41,729 nt of DNA from an uncultured Candidatus Saccharibacteria bacterium. Its GTDB lineage: Bacteria; Patescibacteriota; Saccharimonadia; Saccharimonadales; CAYVSP01. The position numbers and the translations under genes are program-made. The notes under the pieces were generated by a model. That model was not told where the DNA came from. It was given only the letters and a program-made list of their open reading frames with translations, and made no database searches. Each line of letters starts with the position of its first letter. Position 1 is the stretch's first letter. The stretch is from positions 1 through 41,729 of the forward strand of contig CAZILM010000003.1 of NCBI GenBank assembly GCA_964540115.1. Direction: 5' to 3'. Positions 1 to 7,863 of this stretch are shown here, in pieces.

Positions 1-62
1 CTACGAAGGCATAAGCCAGCAGATTTACAGTCTGCCGTGTTTGACCGCTTCACTATCCCTGC
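1..62 (-). tRNA. tRNA-Tyr (anticodon GTA), 3' part truncated by the window edge
   Basis: Reverse complement reads GCAGGGA-TA-GTGAAGCGGTCAAACAC-G-GCAGA-CTGTAAA-TCTGC, then a long variable arm begins (TGGCTTATGCC...). This is the class II layout of bacterial tRNA-Tyr. The T arm and acceptor 3' strand lie outside the window. Confidence 0.7.
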
Positions 63-192
63 TCGTCGATGTGTGATGGTACGGTTACCGAATTGTTGAC
101 TAAACAAGTTCGCTCAACAATTCTATCAACCTTACCAAGCCATCTCCTCTCAAATTCGCGAATCCTCTCGCAAATTTGTAAGGGAACATTAT

Positions 193-268
193 TGGAGCCG
201 ACGGAGGGAGTCGAACCCACGACCCGCTGTTTACAAAACAGCCGCTCTGGCCACTGAGCTACGTCGGC
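193..268 (-). tRNA. tRNA-Thr (anticodon TGT), CCA encoded
   Basis: Reverse complement GCCGACG-TA-GCTC-AGTGGCCA-GAGC-G-GCTGT-TTTGTAA-ACAGC-GGGTC-GTGGG-TTCGACT-CCCTC-CGTCGGC-T-CCA. It folds as a full cloverleaf with one U-U mismatch in the T stem. Confidence 0.85.
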
Positions 269-333
269 AAGATAACAGTAGTAAAGTGTAGCAAAAACAG
301 ATACAATTTGCTAATATACGCCAGTTATTTCAG

Positions 334-408
334 GCCGTTGTAGCTCAGTGGTAGAGCACCTCCATGGTAAGGAGGGGGTCACGAGTTCAACTCTCGTCAA
401 CGGCTCCA
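334..408 (+). tRNA. tRNA-Thr (anticodon GGT), CCA encoded
   Basis: GCCGTTG-TA-GCTC-AGTGGTA-GAGC-A-CCTCC-ATGGTAA-GGAGG-GGGTC-ACGAG-TTCAACT-CTCGT-CAACGGC-T-CCA. Perfect cloverleaf. Confidence 0.9.
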
Positions 409-449
409 GTATTGAATAATAAGTTTTAATCTGTTAGACTCTACAAATT

Positions 450-653
450 ATGGCAAAAAAAGGTGACAAGCGTAAGATTGTTGGATTGGTCAGCGAAGAA
501 AGCGGAGACCGACATTATTACACGATGAAAAACACTGTAAATACGACGGACAAGTTACGTCTGCGTAAATATGATCCAACCTTGCACAAGCACGTTTGGT
601 ATTCGGAAACCAAGAAAAATCTCGGACGCAACGAAGTCAAACCAAAAAAATAG
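450..653 (+). CDS. rpmG: 50S ribosomal protein L33 (Cys-less form)
   Basis: 67 aa, MAKKGDKRKIVGL...YYTMKNTVNTTDKLRLRKYDP..HKHVWYSETK matches the L33 pattern. Its position next to tRNA-Thr/tRNA-Trp and upstream of secE-nusG is the classical context. Confidence 0.9.
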   Translation: MAKKGDKRKIVGLVSEESGDRHYYTMKNTVNTTDKLRLRKYDPTLHKHVWYSETKKNLGRNEVKPKK

Positions 654-698
654 ACTAGTTTGCTAACAAAAAGGTACAATTAACCTCGTTCCCACCCT

Positions 699-773
699 AG
701 GGGCATAGTACAACGGCTAGTATGAGGGTCTCCAAAACCCTAGATCGTGGTTCGATTCCACGTGCCCCTGCCA
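699..773 (+). tRNA. tRNA-Trp (anticodon CCA), CCA end encoded
   Basis: AGGGGCA-TA-GTAC-AACGGCTA-GTAT-G-AGGGT-CTCCAAA-ACCCT-AGAT-CGTGG-TTCGATT-CCACG-TGCCCCT-G-CCA. Confidence 0.9.
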
Positions 774-788
774 TAATTAACGTCATAT

Positions 789-1091
789 ATGTTTCACAAT
801 AAAACCAGAATTGGTTCGTCACATAACAAACAGGTTACAGTAAAAACAGTTATGCTGGCTGTTGACAATTACGAGGGTGCGACTTACAAAATTCTGGCAG
901 CAGGCTACGATGCCAGCCACATATCTTACGACCAACTACATCACAGCGCTTCTAGGTTAGCGACGCTAAAGGCGCTAGCTGACGAAGGTAAGCTGACTGT
1001 GCAAGCAAGTGAACGTAACATGATATGTGAGATTGCTCAAGAGGTTGGCGAGATTGTTCTCACTGAACAACAGGTAAATCGAGCGTCTTAA
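789..1091 (+). CDS. hypothetical protein (100 aa)
   Basis: Open frame only. No Shine-Dalgarno and no recognisable motif; the start is uncertain. Confidence 0.35.
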   Translation: MFHNKTRIGSSHNKQVTVKTVMLAVDNYEGATYKILAAGYDASHISYDQLHHSASRLATLKALADEGKLTVQASERNMICEIAQEVGEIVLTEQQVNRAS

Positions 1092-1138
1092 AACAATAGG
1101 ATTGCACCTAATTTCATGAATTGTTATAAAATATATGG

Positions 1139-1804
1139 ATGTCCAAGATTTCTTTGAACAAACCGACCCTGATAACACTATATGGCTTTCCTGGCGCGGG
1201 TAAAACATACTTTGCCAGACAATTATGTGAAAATATCAATGCGGCGCACGTTCAGTCCGATCGTATAAGAGGCGAACTATTTGATAATCCGCGTTATGAC
1301 AAGCGCGAAAACGACATAGTGACGCACCTAATGGACTACATCACCGAAGAATTTTTGAGCGCTGGCGTAACTGTGGTGTATGACACCAATGCTATGCGCT
1401 CCACACAACGCCGCTCGTTGCGTGATTTGGCGCGTAAAACAAAAGCCGAGCAAATACTTATTTGGCTTCAAATTGATCATAATTCGGCGATGCAGCGTAT
1501 TCTAAAGCGCGACAAGCGTAAAATTGACGATAAGTACGCCGCTCAGCAAACCAAAAAGGAATTTGATAACTACATAAGCGGCATGCAAAATCCGGCACTC
1601 ACAGAGGATTACATAGTCATCAGCGGTAAGCACACCTTTAATACACAAAGGAACGCAGTGCTAAAGCGCATGTATGAATTAGGAATGCTCACTGCAGAGG
1701 CTGCTCTCACCAAAGTCACCAAGCCAGAGTTAGTTAACCTTATACCCAGTAATCCCGCAGCCGGCAGGGTAGACATGAGCCGCCGCAACATCGTTATCCG
1801 CTAA
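1139..1804 (+). CDS. P-loop ATPase / small-molecule or polynucleotide kinase-like protein (AAA_33/zeta-like fold)
   Basis: Walker A motif GFPGAGKTY near the N-terminus, and a size of 221 aa typical of stand-alone P-loop kinases. Confidence 0.7.
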   Translation: MSKISLNKPTLITLYGFPGAGKTYFARQLCENINAAHVQSDRIRGELFDNPRYDKRENDIVTHLMDYITEEFLSAGVTVVYDTNAMRSTQRRSLRDLARKTKAEQILIWLQIDHNSAMQRILKRDKRKIDDKYAAQQTKKEFDNYISGMQNPALTEDYIVISGKHTFNTQRNAVLKRMYELGMLTAEAALTKVTKPELVNLIPSNPAAGRVDMSRRNIVIR

Positions 1805-1812
1805 AACTACCC

Positions 1813-2508
1813 ATGACAGTTAAAATATTTGATGTCGAAGGCATTGGTCCTGTTAAGCTGCAAAAGCGCCGCGGCACAAAGCACTTGAAAGTCGCTTTAA
1901 GTGCACAAGGAGAAATCAAAGTAAGCTTGCCTGCGTGGGTACCCTATAAACTTGGGTTAGAGTTCACCCGCAGTAAAAAGGACTGGATTCTTGAACACCG
2001 TTCATTGCCAATTTCGTTAGCAGATGGCCAGTCAATCGGAAAAGCCCACCGGCTGCAATTTATCCATGGTAAATCCGAAAAAGTGAGCTCAAGACTCAAC
2101 GATAACCTGGTACGAGTTACTTATCCGGTGAATAACTCAGTAACTGACCAAGTAGTACAAAAGGCCGCACAGCGAGGTGCAATTAAGGCCTTACAGAAAG
2201 AAGCCGATGCGCTCTTACCAGATCGTTTGAGTTCCCTGGCAACAAAGAACGGCTATAAGTATCAAAGTGTGCAGATAAAGCATTTACGTTCCAAGTGGGG
2301 CAGTTGTAACCATAAGGCAGAGATTACTCTCAACCTTTTCCTAATGACGCTGCCTTGGGAGCTTATAGACTACGTTTTACTTCATGAATTAGTGCACACT
2401 AAAGTATTAAGGCACGGCAAGCCGTTCTGGTCGGAAATCGGCTCCAAAGAACCGAAAGTGCAAGCTTTACGCAAACGACTTCGTAGCTACCAACCGACAT
2501 TTCAATAG
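1813..2508 (+). CDS. YgjP-like (DUF45 / M48-type) zinc metallohydrolase
   Basis: The C-terminal segment WGSC...ITLNLFL...DYVLLHELVHTKVLRHGKPFW contains the HExxH motif in the context typical of the YgjP/DUF45 family. Confidence 0.8.
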   Translation: MTVKIFDVEGIGPVKLQKRRGTKHLKVALSAQGEIKVSLPAWVPYKLGLEFTRSKKDWILEHRSLPISLADGQSIGKAHRLQFIHGKSEKVSSRLNDNLVRVTYPVNNSVTDQVVQKAAQRGAIKALQKEADALLPDRLSSLATKNGYKYQSVQIKHLRSKWGSCNHKAEITLNLFLMTLPWELIDYVLLHELVHTKVLRHGKPFWSEIGSKEPKVQALRKRLRSYQPTFQ

Positions 2509-2541
2509 TTTGTCTGATAGTTCTTATGTAATAATAACTCC

Positions 2542-3645
2542 ATGCCCCAAACGCCTCTATCAACTGGCACTATAAGTGAAAATCTTGAGCATGAGCGCCT
2601 CACAAGTCTAGTTAACAGCATGGCAGACGGCGTAATTGCTGTAGATGAAAAAAGTAAAGTAGTGCTTTATAATGGGGCCGCTTTAAACATCCTGGACTTG
2701 AACAGTTCTATTACCGGTAAATCACTCGGCAGCGTACTAAAGCTGGTCGACAAAAACAAAGAAGCCGTTGATGTCGAAGCACTTATTCGGGTGACTAAAA
2801 CTGCAACAACTAATCGCGATTGGCGCCTGATTTATAGCGATGGCAGTGTTATTAATCTTTACTTAAGCATCGCACCGGTTCATCTAGGCTATGGTCGTGA
2901 CGGCGAACGTGGCTATGTGGTGATGTTGCGCGATATTACCCGGGAGAAATCGCTTGAAGAAGAGCGAGATGAATTTATAAGCGTGGTCAGCCATGAACTA
3001 CGCACACCGATTGCAATAGCCGAAGGCAATATTAGTAACGCTCAATTTATTGTTGAAAAAAAGGGCAGTCTAGGTGAAGTTAACACCGCGTTGCAACAAG
3101 CTCATGACCAGATTAACTTCTTAAGCGGCATGATAAATGACCTGGCGACTCTTTCTCGGGCAGAACGGGGCAAATTGAACGTTGAAGCTGAAAACATAAA
3201 TGTGGCTGAACTGCTTCAAGAACTCCAGAAGGCCTATAGCCAACAATCTACAGAAAAAAACCTGGAACTAAAAACCGCTATAGACCCTAAGCTGGCACTT
3301 CTTAAGTCCAGCAGACTGTACGTCCGGGAGATACTACAGAACTTTATTACCAATGCCATCAAATATACCGAAAAAGGCAGCGTGACTCTGGGAGCCATTG
3401 CAAAGAGCAACGGTGTTGAATTCTACGTTCAGGACACCGGCATAGGTATTAGTCGTGGTGATCAGCAAAAGGTGTTTGGTAAATTCTTTAGAAGCGAAGA
3501 TTACCGCACACGTCAAACCAATGGAACCGGTCTAGGATTGTATGTAACGACTAAGCTAGCTAGGCTGCTACATGCCGAAATCAACCTTCAGAGCGAATTG
3601 AATAAAGGCTCACTTTTTAGAATATTTGTGCCTAATCTGGAGTAA
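2542..3645 (+). CDS. soluble PAS-domain sensor histidine kinase
   Basis: N-terminal PAS-like region (MADGVIAVDEKSKVVLYNGAA...), H-box SHELRTP, N box (ILQNFITNAIKYT) and G boxes (DTGIGI, GTGLGL). No transmembrane segment is visible. Confidence 0.85.
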   Translation: MPQTPLSTGTISENLEHERLTSLVNSMADGVIAVDEKSKVVLYNGAALNILDLNSSITGKSLGSVLKLVDKNKEAVDVEALIRVTKTATTNRDWRLIYSDGSVINLYLSIAPVHLGYGRDGERGYVVMLRDITREKSLEEERDEFISVVSHELRTPIAIAEGNISNAQFIVEKKGSLGEVNTALQQAHDQINFLSGMINDLATLSRAERGKLNVEAENINVAELLQELQKAYSQQSTEKNLELKTAIDPKLALLKSSRLYVREILQNFITNAIKYTEKGSVTLGAIAKSNGVEFYVQDTGIGISRGDQQKVFGKFFRSEDYRTRQTNGTGLGLYVTTKLARLLHAEINLQSELNKGSLFRIFVPNLE

Positions 3646-3651
3646 CCCCCG

Positions 3652-3680
3652 TTGACGTTAGAAAAGACTAGTGGTATATT
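3652..3680 (+). promoter_or_regulatory. sigma-70-type promoter upstream of secE
   Basis: TTGACG (3652-3657), 17-nt spacer, TATATT (3675-3680). Confidence 0.55.
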
Positions 3681-3692
3681 GACACGAGCGGA

Positions 3693-3715
3693 ACTACCAT
3701 AATGGTAGTTTTTTA
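3693..3715 (+). promoter_or_regulatory. 5'-UTR stem-loop plus U-tract directly upstream of the secE Shine-Dalgarno
   Basis: ACTACCA-TAA-TGGTAGT (7 bp) followed by a T-run, then AATTTCAGGAGA and the ATG at 3730. Confidence 0.45.
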
Positions 3716-3729
3716 ATTTCAGGAGAAGT

Positions 3730-4125
3730 ATGGCAGAGAAGAAAAGACGGCTTAAACCAGCTGAAACCGTGCGCGCTAGGGCCGAAAAAGCAGCTAGTGC
3801 ACCAGTTAAGCCTAAGCGTGTACGCAAGACCGCCGGAAAAGTAGCACGTCCGTTTAAGGCCGCCTCCAGTGTCGGTAAAAAAGAATATTACCTGCCAATT
3901 CCAGATAACAAAGTCGGGCGCTTTCTGAACAAGCGTCGACACATAATTCCCAGTTATTTCCGCAAAAGCTGGCAAGAGTTAAAAATGGTCACCTGGCCCG
4001 GCCGCCGTGAGACATGGAAATTAACTCTAGCAGTTATCACTTTCGCTGTGTTATTTGGCGTTCTAATTGCGATTACCGATTATGGACTGGATAAAATCTT
4101 TAGAAAGGTGTTATTAAAATCATGA
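3730..4125 (+). CDS. secE: preprotein translocase subunit SecE with a basic N-terminal extension
   Basis: The C-terminal ELKMVTWPGRRETWKLTLAVITFAVLFGVLIAITDYGLD is the canonical SecE transmembrane segment. The gene lies immediately upstream of nusG and overlaps it by 4 nt (ATGA). Confidence 0.85.
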   Translation: MAEKKRRLKPAETVRARAEKAASAPVKPKRVRKTAGKVARPFKAASSVGKKEYYLPIPDNKVGRFLNKRRHIIPSYFRKSWQELKMVTWPGRRETWKLTLAVITFAVLFGVLIAITDYGLDKIFRKVLLKS

Positions 4126-4664
4126 ATAAGCGTTATGACACAACTAAACAATGGTATGCCATTCATACCTATAGCGGTTATGAAGAAAAAGTAGCTGAAA
4201 GTATTCGTCAGCGTGCCGACAGTCTGGACATGAAAGATAAGATATTCCAGGTATTGGTGCCGAAAGAAAAAATGATTGAAGTCAAAAATGGTAAGCGCAA
4301 GGTTGTTGAGAAACGCATTTTCCAAGGCTATGTGCTCGTACAAATGAAGCTGAGTGAAGATGCCTGGTACATTGTGCGCAATACTCCATCTGTTACAGGC
4401 TTCGTTGGCAGTGGCACTGAACCCACACCGATTGATACTGATGAAATTGAAAAAATCATGAAGCGGATGGGTCGGGCTGAGCCTAAACACAAGATTGACT
4501 ACAAACTTGGCGACGTGGTCAACATTACTGATGGACCTTTTAAAGGTTTTGATGGTTCGATCAACGAAATTGACATTCAAAAAGGCAAATTAAAAGTCTT
4601 GGTTAATATGTTCGGCCGGGAAACTCCAGTTGAACTCGACAGCTTACAGGTGAAAAGGGTATAA
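4122..4664 (+). CDS. nusG: transcription termination/antitermination factor NusG
   Basis: WYAIHTYSGYEEKV (NGN domain) and GDVVNITDGPFKGFDGSINEID (KOW motif); 180 aa. Confidence 0.95.
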   Translation: MNKRYDTTKQWYAIHTYSGYEEKVAESIRQRADSLDMKDKIFQVLVPKEKMIEVKNGKRKVVEKRIFQGYVLVQMKLSEDAWYIVRNTPSVTGFVGSGTEPTPIDTDEIEKIMKRMGRAEPKHKIDYKLGDVVNITDGPFKGFDGSINEIDIQKGKLKVLVNMFGRETPVELDSLQVKRV

Positions 4665-4666
4665 CA

Positions 4667-4972
4667 GTGCCAGAGTTCGAGGTTGAATGTATTAGTAAAC
4701 TTTTAGACAGTGGTGATATAGCGACCTTAGCGGAAAGAGCCGCCTGCGATATCCCTACATCTGATGCTCCAAGACCAGCTCGTAGCATAAATTCGTTTCC
4801 GATACTGAAGTGTGCAAACTGCAGAATCGGTGGTATCAACGATAATATACCTTGTGATCCTGGAATTTCTCCTCTATTTGTAGTTAGCAACGAAAAATAT
4901 TTACGCCATAGGATTATAAACTCCTGCACTATGATAGAGAGTGGACAAGAGGACGGTAATCTAGTAGACTAG
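4667..4972 (+). CDS. questionable small Cys-rich hypothetical protein (101 aa, GTG start)
   Basis: The GTG lies 2 nt after the nusG stop. The product has six Cys, including a KCANC CxxC pair, but no recognisable family. An antisense ORF of similar length also exists, so coding status is unresolved. Confidence 0.25.
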   Translation: MPEFEVECISKLLDSGDIATLAERAACDIPTSDAPRPARSINSFPILKCANCRIGGINDNIPCDPGISPLFVVSNEKYLRHRIINSCTMIESGQEDGNLVD

Positions 4973-4983
4973 TCTTTTGTTAA

Positions 4984-5013
4984 TTACTCCAAAGGGAGTT
5001 TTTTTATGCCAGA
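4984..5013 (+). repeat. direct repeat copy 1 (hairpin ACTCC-AAAG-GGAGT, T6, ATG)
   Basis: About 25 of roughly 30 positions are identical (hand alignment, one indel) to 5387-5417 upstream of rplK. Confidence 0.6.
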
Positions 5014-5377
5014 ATCAGATGACCCAAGAATCGATCAATTCGTAAACGTCGAAGCTGACGCGGCATCTATTAATCAAGCTAAATTGCTAGGCAGAGTTGC
5101 TATCGACACAGTTGGTAGCGTCGGCTTAACAACACTTTCTTACATTGGTTTTCAGAAAACTCAAGTCGCTTCTGAACTTGCGCGTTCAATGGATAAATGG
5201 ATTCAGTACGGAACGGGAACGGCAGTCACACTGGGAGCTGGAGCAGGCGCATTGTGGTGCGGAAGTAAGTTGCTGAAACATGGTACTGAGCTAGGAAACG
5301 CTTGGGCAACTTCTTACAAATCATGGCTTGATCAAAGACGTGCCAGTAGACAACAGGGGTCAGATAATGTACACTAG
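5006..5377 (+). CDS. hypothetical small protein with probable hydrophobic/Gly-rich helices (123 aa)
   Basis: GGAG lies 7 nt upstream of the ATG. The hydrophobic stretches VAIDTVGSVGLTTLSYIGF and GTGTAVTLGAGAGALWCG are present. No family was recognised. Confidence 0.5.
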   Translation: MPESDDPRIDQFVNVEADAASINQAKLLGRVAIDTVGSVGLTTLSYIGFQKTQVASELARSMDKWIQYGTGTAVTLGAGAGALWCGSKLLKHGTELGNAWATSYKSWLDQRRASRQQGSDNVH

Positions 5378-5386
5378 GGTAGTTAC

Positions 5387-5417
5387 GCACTCCTAAAGGA
5401 GTCTTTTTTATGGCAGA
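5387..5417 (+). repeat. direct repeat copy 2 (hairpin ACTCC-TAAA-GGAGT, C, T6, ATG) = rplK translation-initiation region
   Basis: See copy 1 at 4984-5013. Confidence 0.6.
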
Positions 5418-5841
5418 GAAGAAAATTACAGCTAATTTAAAGATGAAAATTCGCGGCGGACAGGCCAGCGCAGCGCCGCCTGTTGGTAGCACACTGGGTC
5501 AGTACGGCGTAAATATGATGGATTTTATTAATCCTTTCAATGAGCAAACCAAAGACCAGATGGGCAAGAACCTTACCGTACATATTGCTATTTATGAAGA
5601 TCGCACTATGACTTTTCGGGTGGTTGGCGAGCCAACCGATGATTTGATCCGGGCAAAACTAGGCATAGACAAAGGTTCCGGACGCCCAAACACCGAAAAG
5701 GTTTCCAAGAAACTTAGCCAAAATGCCCTGACAGAGATAGCAGAAGCTAAGGCAAATGATATGAACACCCAAGATGTCGAAGCCGTCAAGAAAATGGTGG
5801 CCGGCACAGCTCGCAGCATGGGCGTAGAGGTAGAGGGTTAG
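5410..5841 (+). CDS. rplK: 50S ribosomal protein L11
   Basis: KMKIRGGQASAAPPVGSTLGQYGVNMMDFINPFNEQT is the L11 N-terminal signature; 143 aa. Confidence 0.95.
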   Translation: MAEKKITANLKMKIRGGQASAAPPVGSTLGQYGVNMMDFINPFNEQTKDQMGKNLTVHIAIYEDRTMTFRVVGEPTDDLIRAKLGIDKGSGRPNTEKVSKKLSQNALTEIAEAKANDMNTQDVEAVKKMVAGTARSMGVEVEG

Positions 5842-5843
5842 AT

Positions 5844-6083
5844 ATGACTACTTTAGGTCCAGAATCTGAATCGCCTTTCACTGAAGTCGACAATCATGTT
5901 GTCCGGGCAGATGAACAGCAGCCAGCAGGTGACTTGCTAGCCCAAGATTTACCCCAGCCTCTTATCTCTATAACAGGCACCGGCCCAGAGTTGCCTGGCT
6001 TAAACGCAGTATATTGGGCAAGCGATGAACATCAACGCAAAGTGATTGCTGCAAAAAGGCAAATTCGCTCAAGACAACAGTAA
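5844..6083 (+). CDS. questionable hypothetical protein (79 aa) in the rplK-rplA spacer
   Basis: The ATG is 2 nt after the rplK stop, with GAGGG 6 nt upstream. The product is acidic and Pro-rich with no recognisable family. Confidence 0.3.
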   Translation: MTTLGPESESPFTEVDNHVVRADEQQPAGDLLAQDLPQPLISITGTGPELPGLNAVYWASDEHQRKVIAAKRQIRSRQQ

Positions 6084-6135
6084 ATTAAATTGTGGGAGGC
6101 CTTTAAACAGCCGCTATTACCACGAAGGAGTAGAT

Positions 6136-7131
6136 ATGGCAGAAGCTAAGAAAAGTGTGAAGAAAGTAGCTGAAAAGGCGATAAAAAAGGATAAAACTGT
6201 AAAAGCTAAGGAGAAAGAGCATGGGATTATTCAAGAAAGTGTTAGCGCTGAGAATGAGGCAAGTCCACAAGACGAAGAAATAACCTCCAAGACCTCGGAG
6301 ACGGCTAAGGCAGGCCGCCGGAGTGCCAAGGCCCAAAAGGAGACTGAAGAAAAAGAAGCTAAAGAAGAGCGGAAGGCTAGCGCGAAGGAAGAAAAAGTCG
6401 AAGCAAAACCGAAGCAAACCCATAAGCCAGCACGATCAAAGCTAGAGCGCAGCGGTAAGAAATATCGTAAAGCAGCCGAACTAATCGAACAGGGAAAGGA
6501 ATACAAGCTGGAAGATGCGTTGGCTTTAGCCATCAAAACCAGCCCCGTCAAATTTGACGCAACAGTTGAACTGCACATAAATTTAGCTGTCGATCCTAAA
6601 CAGGCCGACCAAAACGTGCGTGGAACCGTTGTACTACCCGGTGGAACCGGCAAGAGCAGCCGTGTTGCAGTAGTTGCCGATGCCAGCGAATCTACTAAAG
6701 CTAAAGCGGCCGGAGCCGACATAAGCGGCGCAGATGAAGTATTTGCTTTATTAGATAAAGAAAAGCTGGACTTTGACATTTTGATTGCTCACCCATCACA
6801 GATGCCTAATCTCGGTAAATATGCTCGTCTGCTTGGGCCAAAAGGTTTGATGCCTAACCCAAAGAGCGGCACCGTAACTACAGATATAACTAAAGCTGTT
6901 AAGGAGGCCAAAGCCGGGCGGGTTGAATACCGCGTTGATACAACGGGTATTATTCACGTCGGTATCGGCAAAGTCAGTTTTGGAGCTGATAAACTTACCC
7001 AGAACGCTACAGCTATACTAACCAACCTGAAGTCTAATAAGCCAGCCTCAGTAAAGGGCGCCTTAATTTTGCGCGCTTTTGCCACAACAACCATGGGTCC
7101 TAGCATTCCGCTTTCCATAAGCGACGTGTAA
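6136..7131 (+). CDS. rplA: 50S ribosomal protein L1 with a roughly 105-aa Lys/Glu-rich N-terminal extension
   Basis: The start is placed at the ATG at 6136, preceded by GAAGGAG (6124-6130). The L1 core begins around [30 protein letters not shown]...[16 protein letters not shown], and no in-frame Met lies between 6136 and that core. Confidence 0.9.
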   Translation: MAEAKKSVKKVAEKAIKKDKTVKAKEKEHGIIQESVSAENEASPQDEEITSKTSETAKAGRRSAKAQKETEEKEAKEERKASAKEEKVEAKPKQTHKPARSKLERSGKKYRKAAELIEQGKEYKLEDALALAIKTSPVKFDATVELHINLAVDPKQADQNVRGTVVLPGGTGKSSRVAVVADASESTKAKAAGADISGADEVFALLDKEKLDFDILIAHPSQMPNLGKYARLLGPKGLMPNPKSGTVTTDITKAVKEAKAGRVEYRVDTTGIIHVGIGKVSFGADKLTQNATAILTNLKSNKPASVKGALILRAFATTTMGPSIPLSISDV

Positions 7132-7140
7132 AATAATTGG

Positions 7141-7788
7141 ATGAACAATATTCAGCCTGGTTACGTCATAGCCTTCGACGGTCCGGATGGTGTTGGCAAG
7201 ACTACCCAGCTACGTCTACTGGCTGAAGCCCTGAAAAAAGCCGGACGCGTTGTCCACACAACCAGGCATAACGGTGGTTCGCCGATTGGTGAAGCCTTAC
7301 GCGCAGTTTCGTTATCACCTACTGAACGCAGCGCTGAGACCGATTTCTATATATCATTAGCGATGGGTCAAGCTTTGTCTGAGGAAGTACAACAGCGCAC
7401 GAAAAAAGGCGAAATAGTCCTGATCGACCGCAGCCCTCTAGCAGTGGTTGCTTATCAGGCCTATGGCAGCCAGCTTAAGGACAAACAAGCCGCTTTTGAA
7501 GCCTGTAGCAGGCTTTTTTCGAGCGAAGCTATAAACACGCTCATCTTTCTCAATACCTCACAACAAATCATTGATAAGCGACGTGATGAACGTAATACTA
7601 CTGACTATTTCGAAAGTAAGGGTAAAGCCTTCCATGATCGGGTACGCAATGGCTATGAAGCAGCTTTGGCATCTTTGCGCCAGACTAACCCAGCCGTGGA
7701 GATCGTCACAGTCGATGCAACCGGTAACATAGATGAAATTAGCGAGACGATTGAACAAGCCCTAAAGCCACTTATTACCAAAGTTTAG
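7141..7788 (+). CDS. tmk: thymidylate (dTMP) kinase-like protein
   Basis: P-loop FDGPDGVGKTTQ at the N-terminus, a DRS motif at the position of the DRY motif, 215 aa. Confidence 0.8.
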   Translation: MNNIQPGYVIAFDGPDGVGKTTQLRLLAEALKKAGRVVHTTRHNGGSPIGEALRAVSLSPTERSAETDFYISLAMGQALSEEVQQRTKKGEIVLIDRSPLAVVAYQAYGSQLKDKQAAFEACSRLFSSEAINTLIFLNTSQQIIDKRRDERNTTDYFESKGKAFHDRVRNGYEAALASLRQTNPAVEIVTVDATGNIDEISETIEQALKPLITKV

Positions 7789-7808
7789 TTGTAATTTTCA
7801 AACCTTAC

Positions 7809-7838
7809 TTGCTAGTAAGTCAAGTTGTTCCGTACAAT
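7809..7838 (+). promoter_or_regulatory. candidate promoter for dcd
   Basis: TTGCTA, 18-nt spacer, TACAAT (7833-7838). A GGGAG Shine-Dalgarno lies upstream of the GTG at 7864. Confidence 0.45.
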
Positions 7839-7863
7839 ATAGTAACGAAAAAGGGAGCGTGGT

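Noticed and set aside
69-257. 62-aa plus-strand ORF
   Set aside because: It runs antisense through the well-folded tRNA-Thr(TGT) at 193-268 and starts just beside tRNA-Tyr. It has no Shine-Dalgarno, so it is most likely spurious.
1139-2508. P-loop kinase + HExxH protein as a possible zeta-toxin-type toxin/antitoxin or defence pair
   Set aside because: There is no small antitoxin-sized partner. The HExxH protein is a typical YgjP/DUF45 housekeeping-type hydrolase, and Walker A alone does not identify a zeta toxin.
4603-4929. 108-aa minus-strand ORF after nusG
   Set aside because: It has no Shine-Dalgarno and runs against the direction of the whole operon. Its 3' end would overlap the end of nusG. 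It is kept only as an alternative in the finding on 4665-4985.
6103-6779. Two minus-strand ORFs (106 and 182 aa) inside rplA
   Set aside because: These are mirror-frame artefacts of the Lys/Glu/Ala-rich and Ala-rich coding sequence of L1. Their products are Phe/Leu/Ser low-complexity strings.
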